Positions 24,736 to 38,847 of a stretch of 64,000 nt of DNA are shown here, piece by piece. The number at the start of each line of letters is the position of its first letter. The first letter of the stretch is position 1. The notes beneath the pieces are model-generated. The model searched no databases. It was not told the origin of the DNA and saw only the letters and a list, made by a program, of their open reading frames with translations. A program made the translations under genes and the position numbers. Source of the stretch: the human T2T-CHM13v2.0 reference genome, Homo sapiens; NCBI RefSeq assembly GCF_009914755.1, contig NC_060925.1; one strand, 5' to 3'.

Positions 24736-25144
24736 TGTCACCTCAATTGACTGAAATGTGAACACCAACTCCCGCACTTAAATGTTGAAGCCCTAACACC
24801 TACTGTGATGATTTATGCAGCTGGGGCCTTTGAGAGGTAATCAGGATTAAAAGAGGTTATGAGAGTGGTGTCCTCATGCTGAGATTAATGCCATTACAAG
24901 AAGAGAGACACTAGAAAGCTTGCTTGTCCGCCTTCCCCCTGGTGCACGAAGAAATGGTCACATGGGCACACAGTGAATCTACAGCCACTTACAGGCCATA
25001 GGAAGAGACCTTAGAAAGAAATCCGCTTTGCTACCACCTTTATCTTGGACTTCCCAACTTCCAGAAGTGTGAGAAATACATTTCTATAGTTTAAGCCACT
25101 TGGTGTATGGTATCTTGTTATGGCAACCTGAACAGACTTATACA
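24736..25144 (+). mobile_element. MaLR MLT1A/B-type solo LTR
   Basis: TG...CA ends, gggcctttgagaggtaat, cttggacttccca...ccagaagtgtgagaaata; flanks tcaat/acaat are TSD-like. Confidence 0.8.
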
Positions 25145-27247
25145 ACAATTAAGTTGCCTTTCCACTGATGGACTTAGACACAATCTCTTTCCCAAAAAAG
25201 AGCTATATTTAGCTACTTTTCTTTTGCATATTGTTCCATTTGCAGCCACACTATTTGTCTTCCCCCACACCACTTCTATCACCAGGAATCCATTTTCCTT
25301 GTTTTCTTTTTAATATCGGGAGCCTCTGCTCACTGCACTGCATAGTCCTTGGGGCTTTTTTTAAACTTTATTTTTAACAATCATTTGAGCAGAAAGTAGC
25401 CAATTCAGTTCTTTAATTTCCCATTTTATTCTTGGTTTGAAACTGACCTGATTGTGTCCCTTTTGTTATGACCAGTTACTTAGAAGCCATACAGCCCACA
25501 AGGTACCCTTGGGTATAAATCCAACTTCTTCATTTTAATGGTGAGAAATCAAAAGCCCATGTTTCCTGATTTCTGGCCCAGCACTGGAACTGTTTTCATG
25601 GCATGTCAATTCATCATACATTTTAATAGTGATATTTTATATTTGCATAATTTTATTGCCTTTGCAATGGGCTTTCACATCTATCTTCTCATGTGTATAT
25701 AGTTTAAAGGCCATTTTTACCCACTATCTCCTAATCATATCGACCACAGCCTCAGGAAATGTCTGCTCTATTATTTCACTTGCCTGTCTGGGTTCTTGGG
25801 CAACAGCATAGAATCCTGCACTGTGTTTTCCCTCACGCTTTCTCACTCTCTGCAGAACAAATTTTTGTTACATGCCTTATTATCATGGTAATATTGGCCT
25901 TCAGTCCTGTATAGAAGCATTAAAAATGTGCATAATGTATATCCTTTTAAAATGTTATCCTAAGAAGCATCTTTTGGAGTTAAGGAGAGTTAGATGAATA
26001 AAGAAAGAATACAGTTTCTCCTAAACAAACCCACTAAGAAAATCATGGAAAGAATTATGACAACTATGAAAATGAAGGAGGTATACTTTGTCAACAAAAG
26101 CAAAATAACCAAGCTACTCTTAGACATAATCTCACATTATCTTTCTGTAGTGCTCTAGCATTTTCTAAGCCTTTTCACACACTGTTATCTCTTTTTTTCT
26201 TTCTCCTTCTAGAAATTAATTATGACTTTTCCTTTCAAAAATGAAGGACTTTTTTTTTTTTTTTACTCTTTTCATTTTTTCCTGAGACCATATGTCAAAG
26301 GGAATGTGAGGAACAACTTTGGTGTGGTAATAGCCAAATTTCTCCAGGCCTGCTCCTCAAGCTTGCAAAGTCAAGACTGGCAGAAGTGGTGATTTTTACC
26401 TGGGTATCCTGAGAACCTTGCACAGTCCTTATCACATGCATGTGTTCAGAGTGTGCAAATAAATGAAGAAATGTGAGATTGTGATGATATTTTCATGGCA
26501 TGCTTTTTTTCCACACTTCCTCATGCAGCCCAACATCCTCTACACTGTGTTGTTCTACCCGTTTAAGTGATTTACCACTTCTCCATTAAGCCAACTTAAA
26601 CCATGTAGCCTTCAACTCAACATTGATTGATCCCCAATACAGTCCTGTAGGGAGGCAAGAAAACTTACAAATGAAGTGGTAAAGAAAGAGAGAGATTAAG
26701 TAATTTGCCCCAAATCTCATAACCACTAGGTGATAAATCTTCAACTAGAACTCAAATATCTGGCTGAGAATTCAGTGCTCTTTTAATTTAAATCACATTG
26801 CTTCATAAAAATAGATCTGCAGGAAGAATAAAAATGTCCAAAGTGCAATGAGAGAGAAGATAATATGGAGACAGAAATATTGCACAGAAAGCATTTGACC
26901 ATATGTCTGCCTGATCCCCTTCATGTGTCTTGTTCATAACTTACTTTACTCGGGCAGCAGGAGATAGCATAACAACTGTCAGAGTGAATTTAGGCCACAG
27001 TTTTGTGTTGCTGAATGTGTTGAGTCATTTCCCTTAGTTCACATTTCTACCTAACTTTATCTTTTAAGTCATCATCATGCCTTTAATCTCTTATTTATTT
27101 TGACTGTTGAGATTTTGTAGCCATTATCCAAATAAAACATTTATTTTCACTCGTGAGTCCCTAATCCTTCCTCAATGGAATTAGCTATTTATTTGATGCA
27201 ATAGCTAGACCAGTAGGGTTAAAAATGCTTTTATAAAGACATTAATA

Positions 27248-27380
27248 GCTGGGTATGGTGATATGCACCTAGGGAGGCTATGGCAGGAGGATCACTTGAG
27301 TCCATGAGTTTGAGGCCAATGCCTTCGCAACATAGTGAGACCCTGTCTTTAAAGTAAAAATTTAAAAATTAAAAGAAAAG
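27248..27380 (+). mobile_element. Alu monomer (FLAM-like)
   Basis: agctgggtatggtg...gatcacttgagtccatgagtttgagg...gagaccctgtct. Confidence 0.75.
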
Positions 27381-30300
27381 ACATTTAAAAAGGCTGTTTA
27401 CCAAAATGATGGTTAATTGACAGAAAATAGAAACTGAAACTAGAAATCATTGCCATCAGCTTTCTCTAATGTGTACTTGATCCTTTTCTCCCTGTGATGG
27501 AAGTCGAAAGTCTTTTTGTTTTTTTCTTAATCCACTACTGTTCAAATGAGAATAAACAGCCAAATGACTGAATTAGTTGGTAGACATAATTCCTAGTCTT
27601 CAATTATTTTTATATTCTTTTGTAATACAGTCATTATTTTTTCAGACTTCTATAATATTGCATTTAACCAATCCCCAAATAGGGAAACATTATGTAATTT
27701 TTCTATTATTTACAGTTCCTTGATTATAATCTTTTATTTGAAAAGATTATATATTTATATAAAAACCCAGTTTCTTTCTTACATATAAATATTATTAGTA
27801 GTCTAAAAATGTCACTCTCAATAAACAGGATGAGTCAACTTGAGGACTAGAGAATCAGGTAGTCAACATCAGAGAACTGGTTATCAAACAGAAGGGGCCT
27901 ATCCAGATAGAGAGAAGTCAGGCAGGGCTGTGCTGTGAAAATATTAGAGAAGCTTGATGGGAGGCCTAATATAGTTTGTCTTTACACCTGTATATTTTGC
28001 TTCTTGCATCTGCTTCAATGCCCTCTGTCATTTATTATAACTAGATTTATTGTTCCAATAGATTTGTACTACAGTCAGAACAAACAAATCACTGGATCCA
28101 GCAGAAGCCTTAGATATATGACATAACAGAGATTTGCACAAAGATTTGCCCCATTGCCTTCTCGAATTTCTCTTATCATCAATCCATCTAGCTGGAGCTC
28201 TCTGAAGGTCATCAGAGGTCAGTATAATTTTAATAAGATTTTAACTGAAGGATAGCCTTGATGTTCAGTGACCTTCAGACATGTTTATAATCGAGAAGCC
28301 ACTCCCCCTGTTGAATGATAACCTCTTCCATGAATTACCAAACCAATGGTGCTCACATTCTGATTAACCATTGATTCCCATAAACCCAGCTTCCCCCAAC
28401 ACTGATGATCTAAATAACCTGAATTATTTGCATTGCCTTATCAATTCCATCTCATTTCCTGTCTTGGTGGTTTTGCTCACACTGCTTCTATGTGGAATGT
28501 CCGTATGTAGCCACTCGAGTTTCCACTTCATCGTTCCATCATCTGTAGTCTCTATACACTATCCATCATCAGGACTAATGTGAGCTGACTTTCCTCCAAA
28601 AAGCTTTCCCTGAACTTATCCTGAAATAACGTTTTTCTCTGCTAACTTACCATTTGTCACGTTAGTATACAGCTTCTCTAACTGTCATGAAATGAAATAA
28701 ATGGGAAGAAGATGAAACTTGAAAAGAAATCTGCTTCTTAAGGCAGGCCCTGGGGGAATAGCCCTGGCTGGAGGTAATGTAAGGTCTAGATGGTGTTTTT
28801 AGAATCTGAAGACTGCAACACCAAACACAAGTATAAGCCTAGGCAAGCTGTCAGTGCAGGGCCTAAAATTAGGTATTTCAACAAGTGGATGAATCAATTT
28901 GGGGAATTGTATTAGTAAACAGAGGAAGCCCGTCCAGTAAAAGGGAGAGTAAGCAGGGATGCAATTTAAAACTATTGAGGAAAAAATGGCTAAGAAATAG
29001 TAAAATTAACACATGGCCTAAAATATTAAGAAATTAAGCCTGTTACAGAATTACTGACCTGGCTAGTATATAGGAGCATTAACAACACAAAAACAGATTA
29101 GGTCGGGATTAGCAGTGGGGGTGAAATAATCTTCAGGGCTGAACTACTGAGCTAGAAATATTTAAATCCTCCTTGCAGATGAGAACTATAGAGGACAATT
29201 TATTGGTTCAGCATGAATTTCTGGTCTTCTGTTAAGAAATACGCTCTTTCATTGAAAGTGAACATTGAGGCAGTAAACTCCAAATACAGCTGCAGGTACT
29301 ATCTCCTGCTGATTTGTGTGTATAGAGCATGAAAGAAAGGCTCAGAAACAAAAGCATGTTGGAAAAATAAGCAGAAGGAGGCATTTACTTGCAAAGAAAT
29401 GTGAGGAAGTCATTCTTCAAAAGAACTGCCCAAAAAATTAAAAAAATAGAACTTTTTAAGACAAACAATATTATGAAGACTATAGGGTTTATATTAATCT
29501 CTTCATGGCAGAAAACAGCAATTTTATCATGGTTATTATATTCAGAAAGTTCATGACATATCTTCAGACAATAAACAGCATTGTAAAGTCAAGGATAAAG
29601 TGATTTTCATTAAGGAGTTAGCAAATCTCAGGAAATGCTCAAGGTTTTATTCATTTGGAGGACTGCAGGTAGACAGAGAGACCCTTTTATTGTTTCTTTA
29701 TGTCAGAGTGCAGAGTTTTTTTTTCTCTGTTTCTTCAGCAGTGGGACATGATGAATGGGCTGACAATGGTGTCAGGCCCCGATGTCACTTTGGTTTTTAC
29801 ACTTCATCTTGCGGTCATGTTTCCTTCTCTACAGGACATGTTTGTCTACCTCCATTTGCTGAACAATGTTCCTAATCAGTACTATTGATTTTACATTTTA
29901 ATTTGATCCATTTTATTTGCACAGATCTAAGAAGTGTTGATTAATATTTAATGACCTCCTAGTATTTTTTTGATGAAACAATAAACTAAGTCTCACAAGT
30001 TTACGTCTATCTATAGATTTATAAAGCCCTTGTGGTTTAAATTTACTTTTACATGTTTAACAGCTCAGTTTAGAGCAGACCAAACCAGTCCGTTCACCTC
30101 TACCTGATTTCATCTGCAGTATTTATAATGCAAATGTATCCTTTTTAATAAAAGATATCCAATGTCTCGGTGTCCCTGCTCTGCCAAGAAAGGACATTCT
30201 TTCTTACCTCCAAGCCTGAGATTGCATAGTCCATAGAGCAAGCACCAGATTGGTTTCCTAGAAGGATGTTATAGGCATCGCTTCTGCGTGAAAAACATAG

Positions 30301-30390
30301 AAATTATTCTTATTACTGGATTTGTCTTGTCTAGTTAAATTGAATTTGTAGCACAGCTATAAATTTTTTATTAAAAAATTGATTCTTCCT

Positions 30391-30802
<412 letters not shown>

Positions 30803-31437
30803 TTAACCAATATTGCTAATTAAGGGTATGTTAATAGACAAAACCAAATATTGTATGTCACAATTCTTTACAAAATAATTATTTGTATGTTTTTCTTGGC
30901 AACTTATTAGCTTTGTTTTTATATTAAGAATTTCTGCAAGGTATTTTTTCCCTCAACACTAAGAATTCAGAGTGTTTTATTTAGTTTTTACAAATTTAAT
31001 AATTTGTAAATTTAATTGGAGATTAAAGGTAGATTAAGAAGAAAGAAAATGGGTTGTTCTCATGTTCATTAAAGTAGAAAATTAAACTAACCTCAATTAA
31101 ATTGCCTTACTGAGGCCCTTTAATCCTAAATAACAACCTCTTGTCGTGCTGGTCTTGAGTTAAGCAGTCTACTTTCATGAATTCATCCGCTTCTACATTG
31201 TGAGTGTCTTGGAACTCCTGACTCATTTACTTCGTATAGTTGGAATATTGTCTGTGGGGACAAGGTCAGCCTATTCTTGGAGGCCTATATCCATGAGTCA
31301 ATTTCCTGTGGTATCAATAGTATCAACAGTGTCTGCTACCGTTATTACTGGAGCTCTTTTGATATTTCTTCCAGATGACTCAAATTCTGATTGGCGCTTT
31401 GTAGAGAGGCTTTTAGGTATGCTTAAAGGGAAAGGAG

Positions 31438-31734
<297 letters not shown>

Positions 31735-32936
31735 GCAGCGGGGATAGGGGGAGGAGATGTTGCTAATAATAAAACTGTAAAGTTTGGTTAATTTTTTGCC
31801 ATAGCAAACGACATCACAATGGGGGACAGTGGCATTCTCTGTTGAGGTGTAATACATACTCATCTAATGAAATTTTAATCAGTGATTACCGTAAAAGACA
31901 GAACACATGAAGAACAATTAGTGCATCCCGATACCTCTCCAGGGCCTTTAATTTTCCCCACAAAGTAGATATTATTATTTGTCACCAACTGAGAAGTTTA
32001 CTTTTTTTAATCAGTTGGTTGACATTTATTGCACCAGTCTTTGTACATGAACATAAATATGCCTGAATCCAACCTGAGAAGTGCACAATTATTGTAACAT
32101 AGCCACAGTAATCATACATAATTATTGCATTTAATTAATTTAAGATGATTTTATTGCTATTTTCTCAGAATATGGCCTTGAAAAACACAGCAGCTTCCAC
32201 TATATTGAGCATAGTTTTGAGCCAATTAAATATCTGGAGAATGCAAAACATTACCTTTATTTCTAATATATCTTCATGTTAAGAGCTAGGAGGAGGATCT
32301 CTGGAGTTTCCCAGCAGCCATCTGAGAAACCCAGAGATACTGTATTCATAAATAACATCTCAGTAGTTTTACTATTTTGGATTTGAGGGTTAAATTTGGG
32401 GAATATGGTATCAAAAACAGTGTCACAGGTGGGGGCTGCAGATGTGAAGGGCCTGCTATCAATCAGGTGACCCTGGATGGACTACCCACTCGCTGTGTCA
32501 GTCCAGGATCCCAGCTGTAGTGGGTTCCTCTCTGCTACAGCACATGTTTCTAAAGGGCAAGAATCTGGGCTCCCAATAACTGACCTCTGTCTCCTCCATC
32601 CTGGCTTGTCATGATAGACCCGAACCACCCTCCCATTGAATTTGGGCCCTTGTGGCTCATAGCCACAAGGGAAATTGGGAGCTCACATGTGAAAGGCAGA
32701 ATTAAGTTAACGCACCTTCTTCCAAAGTCTTACGTTTGTTTGTAGCCCAGGTGCCCCTGTTTCCAGCAGGAGTATTAGCAGTACCAGGCAGCCACTCCCC
32801 AGAGTTTGTGTTTCTGAGCTTTCCCATCATCAGTTAATTGGAAATTTCAGGAACTGTCCCTGCCTTACAATGCCTGCTCTGATCTACAGGTCTTTTGGAG
32901 ACAGACAGCAGGTGATGGGGCATGCCAAAGAGATAA

Positions 32937-33191
<255 letters not shown>

Positions 33192-33955
33192 TAGATTTTG
33201 ATTCCTCAATGTGGCCAAGAAATAGAGCTACTTGCTGGGAGCAAGAAAGATAACATGACTTCTGAAAACTATTTATTATGAAAAATGAATTTTCATTATG
33301 TAGCAAATTACACTGCAGAAGTATTACAAAGAATTCTCATAGACATGGTATATTAAATCTCAAATCAATAATCATACATAGTCAATTAAAAATATCTTTG
33401 TTGATATCTTTCAGAACCTGGGAAATAATTTTCTGACTTTCAAATTTTTTAGTTTCTATTCAGTGGCAGAAAATCTATATTGTGCCAAACCAGTCTGAAA
33501 ATTAGTAGTTGATTATATGCTGGACACAGAAAAATTTTCTATAACCTGTTAAATGCAACACTCCATTCATTGCTTAATTCTCCCCAAATAGCATAAGGTA
33601 ATTAAGGCTTTTGTAAACTTTTTTCTTTTTTTAGAACAGCCTACAGTGACAGAGGAGAATGGTTATATTGTTAATTAAAGCTGGTTCATCACTCATGTGG
33701 TAAACCTGACTCACATGGAAACTTAACTATTTTATCACAAAGATAAATGTTTATCATTTAAATATGTATGTATTCACTTTTATACTTCTTGAAAGGATTT
33801 CTAGGAGTACAAAGTAAACTACTATAAATCTCTTTTCTCCCGGATGGCAATATTGCTGTGGGTGAGAAACAATTTAGTCCAGGAGAGCTATATCTAATCC
33901 GGTAGGACACTGTGGAGAATACAAGTGTTAAATTTTTGCTAAAAAACTAATATAT

Positions 33956-34252
<297 letters not shown>

Positions 34253-36026
34253 GCTAATATATGGAGATTGATTTATTATTTTATCAAAAAGGTAACCCAA
34301 ATACTAATATGACTTTTTTGAGACCATCCATTTAACAAATTGACTAAAAGACTCAAAAGTTCTTTTATGTTTTATGCCCAAACTAATTAACATTGAGTAA
34401 AGTTAGTCCAAAAATTATAAACGTTTTATTGCTCATTTAAACTCATTATTTGCAGCTATTATAAGCTATAGCAAATGAAGTTTACTTCCCTCAGATATTC
34501 TACAATTATTGTATGCCCTTAAATTTGTATTTTAAAATTCAGTTTTATATTCTAGCAAAACTCTACAATTTGCCTTTTAGACAAAATTACTCTCTTTGCC
34601 TTGATAAGCAAAAACACATTAATTATATTGCATGCACTTTTCTAAATACTCAAACTGACTTAATTTCTTAAAGTAGTATAAAAGAACATGTGCATTAATC
34701 AGAACTAAGGGTACTTTTACATACTGTTCATTCTCCTACTTGATAGCCACTCTATAATGTGTAAAAATATGCAGCAAGGATATGTTAAAAATTTTATGAG
34801 ACTTATCCAAAGATTTTTCACTAATTATCTCAATGAAATATTAGCCAAGCTCATAAAGCTAACTAGTATGTTAAAATTCATTTTAAACTGACACACTGCA
34901 GAGAATTTATACTAAAATATAAAAATTTACATGAAAATTGTGTTACATATGAAATTTGAATTTTTTACCAGGTAGGGTATGTGTGGTTTTACCTATACAG
35001 TATAATTATTTGTAGCCCCATCTCAAGTTACAGGAACAAATGTTTTAAAAAATACTAGTTTAATAATTCAATTCAGCTGAGCCTTAAATCGAGTAGGGGA
35101 CATCTAGAAAGCTCTGGTAAGTTAAAATATTTTATAAACCAGAAAAATATGCTAACATTAATTCTAAGATTGTGATAAAATCAGAGAAAAAACATAATTA
35201 ATTTAAACCAAAATTATCAAACCATATACATTTATCCAAGGATTTCCCATGATTAAAAATATTACTGAACTTTACTTCAGTCAAATTTTTGAAACGCTTC
35301 AATTTTGTTCTGAAGCACTGAAGTCCTTTGCGTTATGCGATTCTCTTACCCGCCTGCCTTCCCTTGCTTCTCGCCTTCTGACATAGCAACAAAGTCCATT
35401 AATTCACCTCAGAACTAAACCTCTCTATAGATTTTTTCTTCTGAGCTGCAGTTCAGCAAGTTACCTGTGCTAGTATACATAAGCCAAGGAAAACAGAAGC
35501 TCCATTAAACTTAAGAAATTGTTTAACCTAATTCATTAATTTTCTCCAGAGATAGGAAAATGTACAATAATTTGTTCAGAAGATATTTACATACATACAA
35601 CAAGAAGTCATTATCAAATTCGGAGCCAGTGATGATTTTCTCCCTGCTTTATTGTAGACTTTCATATGCTATTTATTTATAGTCCTTATCCAGTCAGATT
35701 ATAGATTATGGTAGAGATGTAATTTTTGAGGTTGAGTAATACTTTACTGTTGATGTATAGAATATTCCTCACAACTTATTTTAACTCATTTTTATATTTC
35801 TATGAGATTTTCCTTGTTTGGGGTTTTTTGTTTGTTTGAGAAAAGGGCTAGAGAAATTTAAATGCTTGAAAACCTTTAGAGTTTTCAGAAGCACCCAGAA
35901 CTTCAAAGAAACACAAAGCTATTCTCATTAATGCTTTCTTAAGACAAATAAAGCAAAGCCCTACCAACAGTTAGAGCTCTCCATTTTTCAAGCTATGCAA
36001 GATTGTCTCCAATAGTTATGGCTTCA

Positions 36027-36198
36027 GCAGTGGTTCAACTTGAGTGTGCATCAGAACCACCTGCAAAGCCTAATTAAACGGATTCCTTGGCTCACTTGGC
36101 AGTATATGACTCAGTAGGTAAGATTTGAGAATTTGCATATCTAACAAGTTGCCGGGTAATACTGATACCGATGTCTAGGGACTATGAGAATCACTAAC
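36027..36198. mobile_element. MER5A-like hAT-Charlie MITE
   Basis: cagtggtt...gcatcagaaccacctg...gaatttgcatatctaacaagtt...gagaatcact. Confidence 0.7.
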
Positions 36199-38526
36199 CT
36201 AGAGTGTTTAAAAAATGACCAATTTCTGTGCCCAATTATCTGCCAAAGTTTCCTAAGAGAAGGAAAACAGCAACAAACAAACAAACCAAAACAGAGAGAA
36301 ACTGAGAGAAACAGCCACAACTGGAAACTAGTAACACAAAAACAAACCATTGTAAAAGCTAATTAACTTATTTTCATACCAATGGGGAAAGATTTTTATT
36401 TCATTTTGGACCCACAAAAAGCTTTAGGAGTTTTTTCATGTGCCAGAAGGAAGCACATAACCTCCAAATTCACAATCTATTCTTTGCCCGTTTGCTGTAG
36501 TTACTCTTCGTACCAAAGGTTCTGAGTCTGGAGTCTCTGCTTCCACTCGTCAGATAGACTTTCTCCTTACATTGTGGTCTCTCACTGAATGTTCTCACCC
36601 ACTGCTTCCTCACTACGTAATATCTGCCCAAGAAGCTCCTGTCTTCTCATTCTCCCATCCCATATGCTGACATTCTTTCCAGTCCCTGCATTGTTATGAG
36701 AGCTCAGTGGGGGAGGGAGCTGAATGTCTGTATTCAGTCCACAACTACGATCTAGGATACTCTGTATTAACCATAAATAATTGATGCAAGTTTCTTCCAC
36801 TCAGCCATAGCTGAGCCAGATTACCCGCAATGCTATCTCATCCCACCACAGTCTCTACGACTAATTTCTATTATACAAGGTAAGATCAACATTTGAAGTG
36901 ATTGAGTTTAAACATAAAAAGATGTATTGGCTCCTGCGACTGGGCAGTCTTCAGGGTTAGTTGCTTGAGTGATCAACGATACCATTAAGATTATGATTGG
37001 GACATGAAAAAAAGAACTGGCAAATAAGGAGAGAACTTTGACCATAGAAAGGCATTTAATCCTTGTGTTGTTTTGAGCGCCCTAAAGGAAAAGACAAATT
37101 AAAGGCAGATCCTAACAGAACTATTAACAAAGAAGGAAGAGGGTGAATGAGACTCTTGAATCAAAAATTCTTAATTCTTAACTCCACCTGTGAAATCTTA
37201 CTTAATCTGGTTATACTAAGAATAATCATCACACCATTCTGTCTCACATTCTAGAAGGCTTTGTAGTGGTAGAACTGTAAACAACATATAAACATTTCTG
37301 AAATATTGTGGTTGTTTTATCTTCCATAAGCCTCACACAAGCCGTGTGTATGATCATCCATCTTCTGGGCCATTATCTGATTATTGCTGCTATCTCTCGC
37401 TTTGGGGAAAGGAGAGTCTCTTTCCTTATCAATAGTATTGGATCAGCTCTTCTAATTTCATGATGACATGAGTGTTCAGGAATGATGGAAGGCAAATGTA
37501 ACTCTGAGAAAACTTTGTTTAACTACTGCATTTCACAAGTCCATATCCATCCTAGAAGATCTTCCAGCCTGCTCTCTGCCTTGCTCCCAAGATGGCCACA
37601 TGTAGGTCTCTTCTTTCCCATAACCAGAGGGTTATAGATTATATTATCTTTCAAAGTCTGGGATAAACCAATTTCTCACTCTAAAGAGAACAACGTGTTT
37701 TGATTTTTCCAACCCTAACCCTAGCCTAAAGTCTACCTTCTAATCCTATCTTTATTATAAATGTCCCTGGATTGATCTTTCAAGGGATTTTTGCCTACTG
37801 AAAAAATATTACTCTCACTCAAAGAATTGTGGCCTGACAAGAAATCTACAAGAGTCTTGGACACAGAGGCCAAAACATCATAACGTCTGGATTATTCAGG
37901 CTAAAGTAATATCACCTGTTGGTTACCCACAGCCCAGTCCTCAGCTTCAGACAATGCCGGAGTCACTAGTGTTCTGTTTTCTTTCCTCTATCATTCCTAT
38001 TCAAAAATTCTAAAAATTTGGAGTTCCATTTCTCTTAAGAAGACATGAATACATTAGTACAGTAACATATTTATCTCTACTTCCTTGAAATTTTATTGAG
38101 AAATCCATCATTTTCCAAACTTTTCTTTCTATTGGTGTAAAACAGGGATGAATGGCCATGAGCACTTCATTGCCTCATCTCAGGTGACACTTTTCTGCCC
38201 TTTGAAAAGCCTATAATGTACTTTATAATGTAGTTTAACTTTTCCACTTCACCTCATGTAAACAAACTGATTTTCCAACTTATCAATACAGTATGAACAT
38301 TTCTCCAAGTCAATTAACAAAAAGAGGAAATATCACTTTAAATGAATGCACAGTTTCTCTATATAGAGAAAAATAATATGTGTGCATATATGCATGTGTA
38401 AATATATGTATATGACTAAATTCTACAAGTTTTTAAACTATCTTTTTACTGATGGAGACTCATCATGATTTTTTTCCCCCTGTACTACAAACAAAGTAGC
38501 CATAAACATTCTAACATTCTGGAGTA

Positions 38527-38847
38527 TGGTATCCCTTATATGAAATGCTTGGGACCAAAAATATTGTAGATTTTGGATTTTTTCAAATTTTGAAATATTT
38601 TCATATCATAACATGATATGTTAGGAATGAGACCCAATCTAAATTTATTTACATTCCCTACATATAGTATACATGTAGCCTGAAGGTAATTTTATGTATT
38701 TGTAAAATTTTGTGCAAGAAACAAAATTTTGACTGTCTTTTGGCTGTGACCAGTCATATAATGTCATATGTGAAATTTTTCACCTGTGGCATCATATCAG
38801 TGCTCAAAATGTTTCCAATTTTGAAGCATTTCAGATTTCAGATTTTT
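38527..38847 (+). mobile_element. Tigger4/MER46-type MITE
   Basis: gtatcccttatatgaaatgcttgggacca...gtgctcaaaatgtttc...gcatttcagatttcagatttt. Confidence 0.65.

Noticed and set aside
28201-28279. 11-bp inverted repeat tctgaaggtca / tgaccttcaga
   Set aside because: Too short, with a 57-nt unpaired spacer, to distinguish from chance.
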